This document shows, one piece after another, positions 25,891 to 39,699 of a stretch of DNA of 64,000 nt. The stretch's first letter is position 1, and each line of letters opens with the position of its first letter. A program made the position numbers and the translations under genes. The DNA comes from Mustelus asterias. Taxonomy: Eukaryota. Location: contig NC_135804.1 in NCBI RefSeq assembly GCF_964213995.1, positions 59,892,001 through 59,956,000 on the forward strand, written 5' to 3'. A model generated the notes under the pieces. That model did not search any database. It saw only the letters and a list, made by a program, of their open reading frames with translations, and was not told the DNA's origin.

Positions 25891-27315
25891 CTGTTCGATT
25901 TTCTTTTAATGTAGATACATTCGTGGGACATGGGTATCCCCGGATGGCTATCACTTGTTGCCCATCCCTAGTCACCCTTGAACCTAATGGCTTGCAAGGT
26001 CATTTCAGAGGACAGCTGAGAGTCAACAACATTGATGTTGGTCTGGAGTCACATGCAGGCCAGACTAGGTAAGGACTGCAGGTTTCCATCCCTCAAGGAC
26101 ATTAGTGAACCATATGAAATATATTGCATAGAGTAAGAATGAGTGTGAGAAATGCGACCAAGTTGGCAAAGTGTGATGAACCTCTCAGTGAGTTTTGAAT
26201 TTAAAAAGCTCAAAATATTTGCTTATTTTTTGAAGCATAGACACGCCACAAAGCAAATATAAAGTTTTTTCCAATGGTCCCGGAAGGCTACCAAATCTAG
26301 CTGGACAGCGCCGCCCACTCCCAAAGTCTCTCACCTCATGACAGTTTTTAGGAGAAAGTGTGAGCCAAAATGTTATCAGGTTACACTGCACATCTGTCCG
26401 TACCCAGAAAAGTGGGTGCTCCATATCCAACATATTGCTGTTGGATATACATATGTAGAGCAGAACCTCTGACAGAGCCTCGCAAGGCCAATGGGATTGG
26501 TGGGTAGGTGAGGTTGGTCGTAAGTGGCAACACTGAGCGTCGGTGATCAGTAAGGACCTTCCCAATTACTGGAGACGGGCACTCGGAGAAATGAGGTAGA
26601 GGTGGACACCACCCGAGAGGAACGTTATAGAGAAGGTACCTGAAGGGTAGGGGTGTCTTGCACATCCAAAGAGCAAGTTAAATTTTTACTTAAAAAAACA
26701 ATTCCAGGGGTTCTGGAAACTCGCTACCACACATGACCCTCAGCTGAAACGGCATCGACCATGGTAAATTAGAATACACGTCTGCAGACGACAGAACGCC
26801 TTCAAACCACATGTGCCAGTGAGCTGTTGCTCTGAGGTCAGTGCTGTAGAATGACAGCAAAGAAATAACAGAACATTGTTACCCATCCAACGCACTGATC
26901 GCAGTGTGACACTGTCCACCAGTTCCAAGCAACTGAAAATTTCCCAATTGTTTCAAAGAAACATTTAGAAATTCTAAGGCTAAATGATTAACATTTGTGA
27001 ACACTCTCCAACCAATATCCGAGCCAACTACTTCAAATGCTGGAGGACAAGGAATAGTCAGAGACACAGACGGGATAATTTCTAAACATTCTTATTGACA
27101 GCACTCCAGTATATGAACCCTGCCGTAGAAATCCCATTGCTTCCTAATTAATTGGATTAGAAATGAGTACTTCGCACACCATAACATTCAGGCTATGGTC
27201 CAAGTGCAGGCAAGTGGGAGTAGGTGGGCAGGTCAGGGCATTTCATGCGTCGGTGCGGACTCGATGGACCGAAGGGACTCTTCTGCGCTGTAGTAATCTG
27301 TGATTCTGTGAATGA

Positions 27316-27860
27316 CCCGCCCCACCCCCACGCCTCTCCGTCCCGAAACTAATTCCACGACTCCCGGATTTGTGTTCACAGTCCACCGAGAAAGAGGAAA
27401 TTGTCGTTTGGTTCAAAGTTGCTTCATGTAAATGTTAGACAGTCACCGTCCACTCACTCATATCACACATAGCACCATTCTGTGAAAACAGTAGGGTGAA
27501 AAACAACATCTCACACGTGTGTCTTAGATGACGCATTTCCAATCGGATGACACTGTTGCTCTGTCTGGTCCCAGTTTGTCTCGCTCACTGACTTCAGGGC
27601 AATGTTCGTTATCCCCTTGTTTCCGAAATAATGCTGCACGATTTACATTCGAAAACAACTGATCCTAACTCCTCAAACATGCCCCCGCCCCCCCCCCTCC
27701 CCCCGCCCCACCCGCACGCCTCTCCGCCCCGAAACGAATTCCACGACTCCCGGATTTGTGTTTACAGTCCACCGAGAAAGAGGAAATTGTCGTTTGGTTC
27801 AAAGTTGCTGCATGTAAATGTCAGACAGTCACCGTCCACTCACTAACATCACACGTAGCA
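27316..27860 (+). repeat. Local ~155-bp direct repeat (27316-27474 and 27701-27860)
   Basis: Both copies contain aattccacgactcccggatttgtgtt.acagtccaccgagaaagaggaaattgtcgtttggttcaaagttgct. Confidence 0.9.
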
Positions 27861-27894
27861 ATGACCGCAGAAAATAAACACTTCACTGGTTGGA

Positions 27895-28969
27895 AGAACT
27901 TGGATATGGCGCTCGACTCATCGACCGACAGTTCTGACGCGCCACGGCGAAAAACCGCACCGACCTCCTCAGAAGACAACCACGGGACACGGTGGACAGA
28001 TTACCCTTCGTCGTCCAGTACTTCCCCGAAGTGGAGAAGTTACGACATCTCCTCCAGAAACATGTCATTGATGAAGACCAACATCTCGCCAAGGCCATTC
28101 CCACACCCCCACTTCTTGCCTTCAAACAGCCGCACAACCTCAAACAGACCATTGTCTGCAGCAAACTACCCAGCCTTCAGAAGAAGTGACCACGGCACCA
28201 CACTACCCTGCCACAGCAACCTCTGCAAGACGTGCCGGATCATCGACACGGATGCCATCATCTCAGGCGAGAACGCCATCCACCAGGTCCACGGTACATA
28301 CTCATGCAACTCGGCCAACGTTGTCTACCTGATACGCTGCAGGAAAGGATGTCCCGAGGCATGGTACATTGAGGAGACCATGCAGACGCAACGACAACGG
28401 ATGAATGAACACCGCTCGACAATCAGCAGGCAAGACTGTTCTCTTCCTGTTGGGGAGCACTTCAGCGGTCACGGGCATTCAGCCTCTGATCTCCAGGTAA
28501 GCATTCTCCAAGGCGGCCTTCACGACACACAACAGCACAGAGTCGCTGCGCAGAGACTGATAGCCAGGTTCCGCACACATGAGGACGGCCTCAACCGGGA
28601 TATTGGGTTCATGTCACACTATCTGTAACCCCCACAACCTGCCTGGATGTTCAAAATCTCACGAGCTGTCCTGTCTGGAGACAATACACATCTCTTTAAC
28701 CTGTGCTTAGTTCTCCCTCCACTCACATTGTCTGTAGCTTTAAGACTTGATTAGCTGTAAAAGACGCACATTCCAATCATTATTCATGTAAATACAGTTT
28801 GTGTCTTTGTGCCCTGTTTGTGATCAGAACTCCCACCCACCTGACGAAGGGACAGCCTGTTCCGAAAGCTAGTGGCTTTTGCTACCAAGTAAACCTGTTG
28901 GACTTTAACCTGGTGTTGTTCGACTTCTTACTGTGTTTACCCCAGTCCAACGCCGGCATCTCCACATCA
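27895..28969 (+). mobile_element. Penelope-like retroelement, 3' part with GIY-YIG endonuclease
   Basis: C..CKTC, NVVYLIRC...WYIEET, RQRMNEHR, PVGEHF and GLNRD motifs; conserved terminal ctgacgaag...ccgaaagct segment. Confidence 0.9.
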
Positions 28970-29301
28970 TTGCGAAGAACATTACCATATTCCGAGATCA
29001 TAACAGGTGTTACATAAGTGCTGGTTCTGGCTTTATTTAACTGTGATGGCTGCAGTGAAAATGCCCTTAATTCTGAGGTTTTTTAAAGATACAAATGTTT
29101 CATTTTGCAACCTCAGCCAAGAATTTGAGGAAATGTTTACAAGTTTTTTGCTCCTTCCACATTAAGTTACAATCAACAAAATAACACAAAATAAAGGCAC
29201 AGCTTCCATAAGAAGCTACGTTTACAGTTCAATAGTGCTTTAGAAATTGTTTAAATGTCACTTCAAAATAGTCCGTAGAAAATGTAATGAAGCAAATAGT
29301 T

Positions 29302-29580
29302 TTAAGCACGCTCCCCCCGAATCCGTCGTGGCAGCTGGACAGATTATGTTTTTGGACATAATGGTCAATTCTTTGGCATGGATGGCACACAGGTTGGTAT
29401 CATCAAACAGGCTAACCAAGTACACCTCACTGGCTTCCTGCAATACTCCAATTGCAGCACTCTAATTCCTCAGCTCCGTTTTGAAGTCCTCGTCAATTTC
29501 CCTCTCCAGACGCTGAAAGGGCAGCAAACAATTAAGGAACTCCGTGGAGTTCTGGTATCGGCGGATTTCTTGGCAACTGT
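29302..29580 (-). pseudogene. H3-3: Histone H3.3 pseudogene (5'-truncated, probably processed)
   Basis: Minus-strand translation [65 protein letters not shown]...[12 protein letters not shown]. Has the H3.3-specific AAIG motif, an in-frame stop and frameshifts. Confidence 0.9.
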
Positions 29581-29994
29581 CTTTCAAAAGGGCACAGGCT
29601 GCTTGCTGTGCAAATGTGTTATTGGACATATTCTGGGGTTCAACTAAGGTTAACAAAGGCCCTCCCATTCACACTATGCCACACGTGCCCTTTTCAAACA
29701 ATATTACTATCAAATTTTGCCGTGTCCTTCCTGTCTCACGGATAATGTACGTACTGGTGAGAGGGAAGACAATGGAAGCGGACAGGGGAATTTTAACCCA
29801 CTGCAACACAAGAGATGGATGAGGGTTGGTTTATTTTTTTAAACCGTTTGTCTAACCCTCAACCCAAGTTCTCCCATTTTACATGATGACGAGTTAGGTG
29901 GGGATAAAAAAAACAATCTGCTCCCAGAGGCAAGACTGTAACTTAAATATATTTGACATGACTAAACGCCTCAGAGGTTTCGCAGTGTGACTGC

Positions 29995-30300
29995 GGGCAG
30001 GACGTGGCACATGGTTAGCACTGCTGCCTCACAGCGCCAGGGACCACGTTCGATTGCCATCTTGCATTATTTTCTGTGCGGAGTCCACACGTTCTCCCTG
30101 TGTCTGCATGGGTTTCCTCTGGCTGCTCTGGTTTCCTCCCACAGTCCAAAAGATGTGCTGGTTAGGTGCATTGGCCGTGCTAAATTCTCCCTCAGTGTAC
30201 ACGAACAGGCGCCAAGTGTGGCGACTGGGGGATTTTCACAGTAACTTCATTGCAGTGTTAATGTAAGCTTACTTGTGACACTGATAAAGAAACATTAAAA
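29995..30300 (+). mobile_element. HE1-type SINE
   Basis: ggttagcactgctgcctcacagcgccaggga head; tail cacagtaacttcattgcagtgttaatgtaagc. Confidence 0.88.
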
Positions 30301-30824
30301 AAACTTTATTCAGGAAGCTCGAGTGGAAAGGAATGGTATTGATTGTTCAATACAAAATAAAACCACTATTCCATGGCGTACAGACAGAAATTTCTTTTTA
30401 TTTAAACAATTCATCCACATACATTACCATCCCGATCCATTATAAATTACAATCCAAATGCATTATATTTTCACAATGATAAATTATTAAAATAATTAGC
30501 TGAAATAATGTCAACAGTAAATATACCGTCCTTCATAGAGCAGCAAACAACCTCACTTCCAATGAAAATGTAGTCCGTTGTAAATTAAGTTATCTGTCAC
30601 CTTTGGGGGCTTTCGCCTTTCTGGGTTTCTCTTTCCTGGGTTTCTGCTTCCAGGGAATTGCCTACTGGAGTTATGCCATCCAGGATGCTGCTGAACAGGG
30701 TGTCACTGGCCAGGGTGTCGCCATCCAGGGTTTCAACTTCTTGGGCACAGGAGTTCGAACCAGGACAGCAGTTCTAATACAAGTTCCAACCCGGGACTAC
30801 CCTTCTCATATAAGACACAACTTT

Positions 30825-33800
30825 CTTTTTGATAAAACAATTAAGCTAAAATAAACAAACTGAGGGGCAAACCAAAATGAAACCCCTCAAAAACAAAAGA
30901 ACAAGGGGACCTTGGCGTGTCTGTCCATACATCTGTGAAGGCTGAAAGGCAAGTTAAGAGGGTGGTGAAAAAGGCGTATGGGCACACTCACCTTTACCAA
31001 ATGGGGTATAGATTACAAAAGCAGAGAGGTCATGGTGGAGTTGTATAGAACTTTGGTGAGGCCACAGCTGCAGTACTGTGTGCAGTTCTGGTCGCCACAT
31101 TATAGGAAGGACCTGAACGCACTGGAGGGCGTGCAGAAGAGATTTGCCAGGATGAAACATACAAGTTACGAAGAGACGTTGTATAGGCTTGGGTTGTTTT
31201 CGTTGGAGCAGAGAAGACTGAGGGGCGACCTGATTGAGGTGTTCAAGATTATGAGGGGCACGGACAGGGTGGATAGGGAGCGGCTGTTCCCCTTAGTTGA
31301 AGTGTCAGTTACGAGGGGACACAGGTTAAAAGTGAGGGGTGGGAGGTTTAGGGGGGATTTGAGGAAAATCATTTTTACTCAGAGGGTGGTGATGGTCTGG
31401 AATGCACTGCCTTGGAGGGTGGTGGAGGAGGGATGCCTCACATACTTTGAAACGTACCTGGATGAGTACTTGGCACGCCATAACATTCAAGTGGGAGTAG
31501 TTCAGTTGGTCAGGGTATTTCATGCATCGGTGCAGACTCGATGGACCGAAGGGCTTCTTCTGCACTGTGGTATTCTGTCATTCTGTGATTCTGTGATCAA
31601 ACCAAAATGTAATTAAAGGGGTCGATAAAGCACCCTAGTTCCTGCGGTTCTCGAAACGTCTCGATGGTGCCTTCCAGCACTTCATTGTCCCTCTCCAGGG
31701 ACACCCAGCTGCTAATCTCGCCCCGCTAGAGAGGCAGAAGGTTAGGTAGGCCGACCTCCTCGGTCACCTGCTGCCTGGACCTGTATATAGCATGTTTGGC
31801 TCGGCCTCGGAACAGGTTCACAAGGAGGTCCTCCGCCTTCCCCACACCATCCAACCCCCTCCTCCCCGACAATGGATTACCATAAATCAGGAGGGCAGGG
31901 TTGATGTGCAAAGAGAACATTAATGAATGACTTTTTGAATTACTTAAAAGGGAATCCAGCCTAAAACATGGAACATAGACATGGTCCATGGACTCCATGC
32001 GATCGCAAAAAAGTGCAGGTTTCTTGGGAGCCCATGAACAAGGGCAATTTACGGTTGCATTGCTCTGCAACATGCACCAGCCGCAACCCCAGGTCGCCAT
32101 TGTAGTGTGGATGGATCCCTCCATCGAGGGACCTCCACTAGAGACCTCCACTGGACGACAACAAGCATGCCAAGGCATGTCCAGGTGACGGACGGGGACA
32201 CAGTCGTGGGAGGTGTGCAACAGCAGCCCACGCAAGAAAACCATCCATGCAGTGGCAAAGGGCATGGAGGGCATGTCCATGAAATGGCTGAAACTGTGGG
32301 GCTCCAGCCCCAAGTGCACAAGTCATGGCTTGGAGCCAATGCGAAATTTCGTCCAAGCAGGGGTGCACTCAGATTGGATTCCACTGCACAGTTGTGCCTC
32401 CTCGAGTCTACATCTGATGTAGAGTACGAGCATGACCGTTTTGAGTTTGTGGATTGCATCAGTCGCGAGCTGAATGCCCATCGTCATGTTTCGATCCAAT
32501 TCATGTGGTGTCATCCAGTCCACTCCTCTGCCACCAGGCATGTCCCAGACTGTGGGCACACCGGCAGACACAGCCCGTCTCTCCAACAGCCACCAGAAAT
32601 TGGGTTGGTGGAAGAACTGAATCCTGACCAACGGCTCGCTGATGGCAGCTGCCACGCCAATAAGTGGGATCTTCACCACCTAGTTTGTTTATTTTAGTTT
32701 AATTGGTTTAACCAAAAGAAAGTTGAGTCTTGTATTTCAAACGTTGCTCCTGTTGGTAGGAAGCCGCAGCGTGAGGGAACTGTGTTCCAGACTTTAAGGA
32801 GGACCTGTCAAAAGACAAGCAATGCCTGCAATCAGTTCTAAAGACCACTCCGTTCCAAAGACCACAAGGCGACATTGCCCTGGCAAAGGCTTTATAAACC
32901 ATGCTGAGGCGGGAGCCTGGATGCCAGTTTTCAAGATGGTAGCCCTCCCAATTCTTGGGCAGAAGGGCGATTATGGCCCTTTGTCATGAAATTGGCATCT
33001 CCCCAGTCAGAATACTCTCCCCCAGGACCACAACGTAGTCATTCCCCAGTACATCAAAATGCCCTCCCTCTTCAGTAACCCAGTGCAGTTATTCCTCCCA
33101 GAAGAACTGTATGAGAGTTCCCTGGATCGTTGTGGCAAAATCACAAGAAGATGTCAAAGTGACTAGCCGCTACCACAGCATGGAGGCAACAGCTGGTTTA
33201 TGAGGAGAAGACGCGCCCTGATAGAAATAACGTGGAGCAGTGCTGTCCAGCGATTCAGGCGAGCAATGTCCTTGGCATCCATCTCGTGCCAGTTTTCCAG
33301 GGAGAATTCCTCACAAGGAGAAAGGTGGACTCCCAACTAGAGCAGGCTAGTCCTGCTCCAGTTAAAAGGCCTGAGCTCCTCGACGAGGGGTCCATCTGCC
33401 ATGGACCAATGAGGCGTCTGGATCCAGTTGATCCGGGAGGAGGATGCGGCAGAGTACACAGCGTGGCACTCGTGCATTCTCAGCAAGTCAGCCGGATCTG
33501 TGAACATGAGGAGCATGTCATCAGCATAAGCCGACAGGAGAACTCCAATGCATGGTTGTGCTGAGGCTGACTGTAGAAACCTTCATGTCAAAAGCATGGT
33601 GCAAACCTTAAACAATAATAACTTTCTAGCACTCGGCGGGAGTGAGGCAAGGCACGCCCTTCCATTACCTCAAGAGCCCAACTAGGAACCCTTTCTGCTG
33701 GTGCTGTTCATTACTATCTATATCCGGCACCTCAATTGAAAAGGCACGCATGGGCCGGACCAGGAGTGCCGGATGCGACCAGATGTACTCTATCCCAGCA

Positions 33801-34490
33801 TCCGTGATGATTTAATAAAAAATCCCTGATTTCCCGGAGGGATGACTTATCCGTATAGCGTGCAAGAAATAATACATTTCACATGTGGCAATAATAAATA
33901 AAATCAAAATATCCGTAGTGGCACGGGGAGTCCATTGCCCAGCAGATGTACTCCAACTCATTCCTCTGTGTCCACCACTGAGCAGCCAGCTTCCTTGGGG
34001 CAGTTGCCTGCTGGATCCGAGTCCACCGCCATAATGCATAGGACAGGCGGCACAGATCCACCAACTGACCCCGAATCTCTCTCGATCCTACTTCCAGGAT
34101 TGACAACAGATAGGTCCTCTGTGGGCTCTTCCGTGGTCACTGGGTCAGAGGGTGGCAGCGTCCCAGAACCTCGCTCTGGCCCAGACACCGAGACACATTG
34201 GGAGCTTGGACAAAACTCCAGTCCCAAAACAGGGGAGTCCGGTGCTAGTGTCTGGGACAGAGAGCGGCGGCCCTCCTTGCCGCCACCTGCCAAAAACCCA
34301 AACATCGGGGCGCTGTCGCAGCCCCCAGGCGTTCTAAAAAGTGTGAAGGGTGCGGGCGGTGGGGGGGGGGGGGGGGCGGAGTCATCAATTTCTCTTCACT
34401 TGGGAAAGCCATGGGATCCCCTCTGAGATGTTGCGCCCTCTCACCAGGGCGGGAGAAACCTATATCTTGGGCGCCTCATTCACTGTACCC
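30825..34490 (-). mobile_element. L1/Tx1-type LINE (decayed; ORF1 3' part and ORF2 fragments)
   Basis: ORF2 C-terminal ALFCDRMESMDHVYVPC...EDLLVNLFRGRAKHAIYRSR; Pro/Ser-rich ORF1 remnant at 33940-34490; interrupted by CR1. Confidence 0.75.
30895..31597 (+). mobile_element. CR1 LINE 3' fragment nested in the Tx1 element
   Basis: LYRTLVRPQLQYCVQFWSPHY; (TTCTGTGA)n tail. Confidence 0.9.
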
Positions 34491-35782
34491 CATACTTAGG
34501 CAGTTGGATTGTGTGGAGCCTTGTGTGGCTCATACTTGAAATGGTTGCAGGTCATTGCTGTTCTCCACCGGTGCTGGCAATGCAACCAGTCGAGAAATCT
34601 GAAATGAAAAAGCATATTCTATGTTGATACTTTCTCGAGTGAGGACTTTGCTACAATTGACAATCAAACTGAGTGAGTACTTTAGAAACGTCTCATGACT
34701 CAACTTCGGTCATTCACATGTGAAAAATGTGAAGAGGGCTGCCGCGTCCTGAAGTACCGATACGTTCATTCGCGTATCTCCAGAAAGTTTTGAAATGAGA
34801 AAATAAGGATTGCACAAATGAACAATTTAATTATCGTTGCATGTATTTGACCCACGAAACATATTTAACACCAGGAGCTCAGGGATGAAACTGGTTTTCC
34901 AAAAACAAAATTAGGCGTGGTGCAAAACTTCTCACTGATTCTCTCTTGCCGCTATCGCTGAAGGCCAATTTCTCCCCGCCATCCAGGGTTACTGTTCTAA
35001 ATAGATACGGAGCAGAAAGCAAAACTGACGGTTTTGTTGAAATCTAACTAGGTAATCATGTTTTGTAACTTTCCCTATATTTGGGCGGAAAAAAACTAGC
35101 GAATCCGTATTCAAGCACGGCTGGTAATTTAAGGATTTCTGTAACTATGCTGCAGCGAGGGCTTTGACATTTTAAAATTGTAATTATAATTTCCACTTCT
35201 AATAACCGTTCTTCAGATTTGCATTTACTTAAAATTATTCAGCATTGCCTCTATGCTTTACCTCTAGCCATTCTGCTTAATGTTTCACCAATAGTAGATA
35301 AAATGATGTCGTGAAATGAAATCGGCACATTACATTTTTTTCGGGTGCATGTAAGTAACACGTTGAAAATCACCAATATGCTGCAGTGCGTTCAAGCAGA
35401 ACCACGTAAACTCCAAAAACTTTTACTTGAATCGGAGAGGCCCGTGCACCCTTAGGCGCTGCTAAGAAGTGAATCAGACAGACTGCGTTTGCGACAGGAC
35501 CTCAGGTTACCGCAATATTCATGCGATAATGAGTAATAAATACAAGGTTGGCTTCCACCTCTCGTATATTGTAGCTCCGGATCTCTGCGTATTTTTCTTC
35601 CTGATAGATCCCTTTAGCAGAAGCCAATAAAACTGGTAAAAGCAACAATTAATAATATTTCCAAACATAAGTTTTCAGAGCAAACAAGGGACCTTCGCGG
35701 TTTAGATTTGTCAAACTCCAAAAGAAAAAATGAAGAAAATTAAAAACATCATTAAAAAAACAGTAATGTATGACTTATTACT

Positions 35783-37439
35783 ATTAGCCTGTAACAGAGA
35801 AGGTGTTACAGGCTAATAGGCTGGAGGAAATAGATGTTCGGAGGGAGGATGTCCTGGCAGTTTTGAATAAACTGAAGGTCGATAAGTCCCCTGGGCCTGA
35901 AGAAATGTATCCTAGGATTCTTTGGGAGGCAAGGGATGAGATTGCAGAACCTTTGGCATTGATCTTTGGGTCCTCGCTGTCCACGGGGATGGTGCCAGAG
36001 GACTGGAGAATGGCGAATGTTGTTCCTCTGTTTAAGAAAGGGAATAGAAATGACCCTGGTAATTATAGACCGGTTAGTCTTACTTCGGTGGTTGGTAAAT
36101 TGATGGAAAAGGTCCTTAGAGATGGGATTTACGACCATTTAGAAAGATGCGGATTAATCCGGGATAGTCAGCACGGATTCGTGAAGGGCAAGTCGTGCCT
36201 CACAAATTTGATAGAATTTTTTGAGGAGGTAACTAAGTGTGTTGATGAAGGTAGGGCAGTTGATGTCATATACATGGATTTTAGTAAGGCGTTTGATAAG
36301 GTCCCCCATGGTCGGCTTATGATGAAAGTGAGGAGGTGTGGGATAGAGGGAAAGTTGGCCAATTGGATAGGTAACTGGGTGTCTGATCGAAGACAGAGGG
36401 TGTGGTGGATGGAAAATTTTCGGATTGGAGGCAGGTTGCTAGCGGAGTGCCACAGGGATCAGTGCTTGGTCCTCTCCTCTTTGTGATTTTTATTAATGAC
36501 TTAGAGGAGGGGGCTGAAGGGTGGATCAGTAAATTTGCTGATGACACCAAGATTGGTAGAGTAGTGGATGAGGTGGAGAGCTGTTGTAGGCTGCAAAGAG
36601 ACATAGATAGGATGCAAAGCTGGGCTGAAAAATGGCAAATGGAGTTTAACCCTGATAAATGTGAGGTGATTCATTTTGATAGGACTAATTTAAATGTGGA
36701 TTACAGGGTCAAAGGTAGGGTTCTGAAGACTGTGGAGGAACAGAGAGATCTTGGGGTTCATATCCACAGATCTCTAAAGGTTGCCACTCAAGTGGATAGA
36801 GCTGTGAAGAAGGCCTATAGTGTGTTAGCTTTTATTAACAGGGGGTTGGAGTTTAAGAGCCGTGGGGTTATGCTGCAACTGTACAGGACCTTGGTGAGAC
36901 CACATTTGGAATATTGTGTGCAGTTCTGGTCACCTCACTATAAGAAGGATGTGGAAGCACTGGAAAGAGTGCAGAGGAGATTTACCAGGATGCTGCCTGG
37001 TTTGGAGGGTAGGTCTTATGAGGAAAGGTTGAGGGAGCTAGGGCTGTTCTCTCTGGAGCAGAGGAGGCTGAGGGGAGACTTAATAGAGGTTTATAAAATG
37101 ATGAAGGGGATAGATAGAGTGAACGTTCAAAGACTATTTCCTCGGGTGGATGGAGCTATTACAAGGAGGCATAACTATAGGGTTCGTGGTGGGAGATACA
37201 GGAAGGATATCAGAGGTAGGTTCTTTACGCAGAGAGTGGTTGGCGTGTGGAATGGACTGCCTGAAGTGATAGTGGAGTCAGACACTTTAGGAACATTTAA
37301 GCGGTTATTGGATAGGCACATGGAGCACACCAGGATGATAGGGGGTGGGATAGCTTGATCTTGGTTTCAGATAAAGCTCGGCACAACATCGTGGGCCGAA
37401 GGGCCTGTTCTGTGCTGTACTGTTCTATGTTCTATGTTC
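35783..37439 (+). mobile_element. Young CR1/HER1 LINE, 5'-truncated
   Basis: RT in two ORFs (227 and 318 aa, single frameshift), (TTCTATG)n tail, TATTACT target duplication (35776-35782 / 37440-37446). Confidence 0.95.
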
Positions 37440-39699
37440 TATTACTTTGCCATTGAATATAGAATGCAAATTTGCTTTAGCTGAACGATTTGCTTTGACT
37501 GTCCGTAATAAAGCAACCCTCTTTTGTTATTTGACGAATCTTAATGGATAAATACGCCACCTGTTCAGTTACCCTCATGTATAAGGTCAATAAAATAAAT
37601 GTTATTTGATCTCGCTTTTATTAATTAAGCATTCTTAATTTGTGTGCGTACAATTGAAAAGCCAGGTCTTTGCTCTGCGTGTTTCGTATTCTGACATCTT
37701 GAGTTGATTACTCTTTTGGATCCTGCAGTGCACAGGTTCGTCTGTAGAAGCCGCTGAACACTGTATGCATTCCTCTCATTTTCCTTTGACTATCGATTTC
37801 CATTCGAAACGATACGTCGCTAAAGTTAACAGTCACGGGCAAACGAAAGGCCTTAAATGTGCTTACTGGGGTTAGTCTTCAGAAAGGAAGCAATTTTAAG
37901 GACTGCTCCTTCCAACAATAATAATGAATCGGGGTATAGTGCTAAATATAGGTGTGAAAAATCATTCCTGCATAGTTGAAGACCTATTTTTAATTGGAGA
38001 TTGCGTCATACTTTAGCGTGGCTGGGTCATCAGATGAAAGACAACTAGTAATTATTGTGTTTACACGATGAGTTATTTCACAGAATCATAGAATACCTCT
38101 AGCGCAGGTGCACCTACGCTCCAACAGGACATCCCCGTAACCCCAAGTATGTACCACGCTAATCCCCCAAACCCAGACTTCCTGGGACACTGAACGGCAA
38201 TTTAGCATGGTCAATCAATCAATCTAATGTGGTAGGGAAACCGGTGAACCCGGAGCAAACCCATGCACTCCAAGCAAGACTTCCAAGCAAGTAATTCATT
38301 TCTAAAAGTATTCGCAAAAACACGGTTCGCAAATAATCATCTTTTGCCATTTAGGTGGCTCCTTTTAAATTTGTTAGTGTCAAATTCCACAGTTTTACGC
38401 AAGTTCTTACATCTGCTGAATATTACTTCCGTGTTACTGTTTGCTGATGCCCCAAATGCTAAACGAAGGCCATTCCTTTCAACATTTGTTGCATGAGAAA
38501 TTGACGTTGCCACCATTCATTCAGGCCCCTCTGCTCCTCTGCACTATTAAAATTCCTACTGTCCAAGTTGTACTTAATGCTCATATTTTCCTCAACCAAA
38601 CGCAGTATTTCCTCGTACCCTGCATGCTGCATCAAGCAACACTCTACCCTGAGAATAGTTGGTGCGAGTTCACCATCTGTGTCAGAATTGCTTTCGCAAC
38701 TCCCAATTATATTTCACATGCAGATTGTGAAGATGCGGCTTCAATTTGCTGAAAAAGATCATTGATCTTTATCGTAAATAAAAACAGCCAAGTACGGCAT
38801 CTGGTGAGGCATGATTCGGTACATCCTCCCATTCCGAGAAGGGTCTGCTTCTCATTACAATTTATTTTAGCTGTTTTAACCATCTTCGGACCAGTCGGGC
38901 ACACTGTTCTTCCTGCAATGTGTACCCCACCTTTGGCACTAGAAAATACACATGATATGCATGTACTGCATTTCATTGATCTCTCCCTTCTGTTATTTTA
39001 CAATCAATTTGGGAAGGCTTTGTGTAAATTAGTGCTTGATTAAATCATGTTTATTCAAGAGTTTGCTGCCGAAGGATAGCGGCCTGGCATCTTGGAAGTA
39101 AATCAACAACTGTTTACCTGTCATTGTGTTGCAAGCAACGTCTGGTTTGATTTTCTCACCTGATAACAATTGCTTGGTATCGCGATTAAGTTTAAGCGAT
39201 AATAGGAATTATGTAGATATTTTGATAATTATGTATTCAAAAATAACATAGGAGTTAAAAATGAACATTTGGCATTTCGTCATTGTTGGATTCTGAAAAG
39301 ACGTTGGACATCAAACAAGGTGTTAACCATTCTATTTTAAATGTCAGAAATGTTTCGTGAAATACTGACCTCTAGCGTTTCTTATGATCCGGGCCAAAAT
39401 CTCCAAGATGTTTTATGAAGATAGCCTGAAGCCTCAGTATTTGCCTTGGAATTTGGCACTGGTGAGCATAAGGAGTTTCACTCAAGGTATGATACAAGGG
39501 ACCCACTAGGTTACTCAAGAACACAGTTAACATATAATTAGATATATAGCATAAATTTTACCAATTGCAAGAATCAAACATTATGTAGTCCAAATCTTAA
39601 CGGCTAGCTATGATGGTCCAAGTCAAACATCACGCACAAGCATACAATCCTTTCGAGGCACGGCACAAAAACAACTGTGCTCACGTAATGTTGGAATTT

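Noticed and set aside
29995-30070. tRNA gene
   Set aside because: tRNA-derived head of an HE1-type SINE, followed by the SINE body and tail.
38500-38752. C1-like C...LYPE..W peptide
   Set aside because: The rest of the domain is absent and the region overlaps a decayed minus-strand CR1 fragment.
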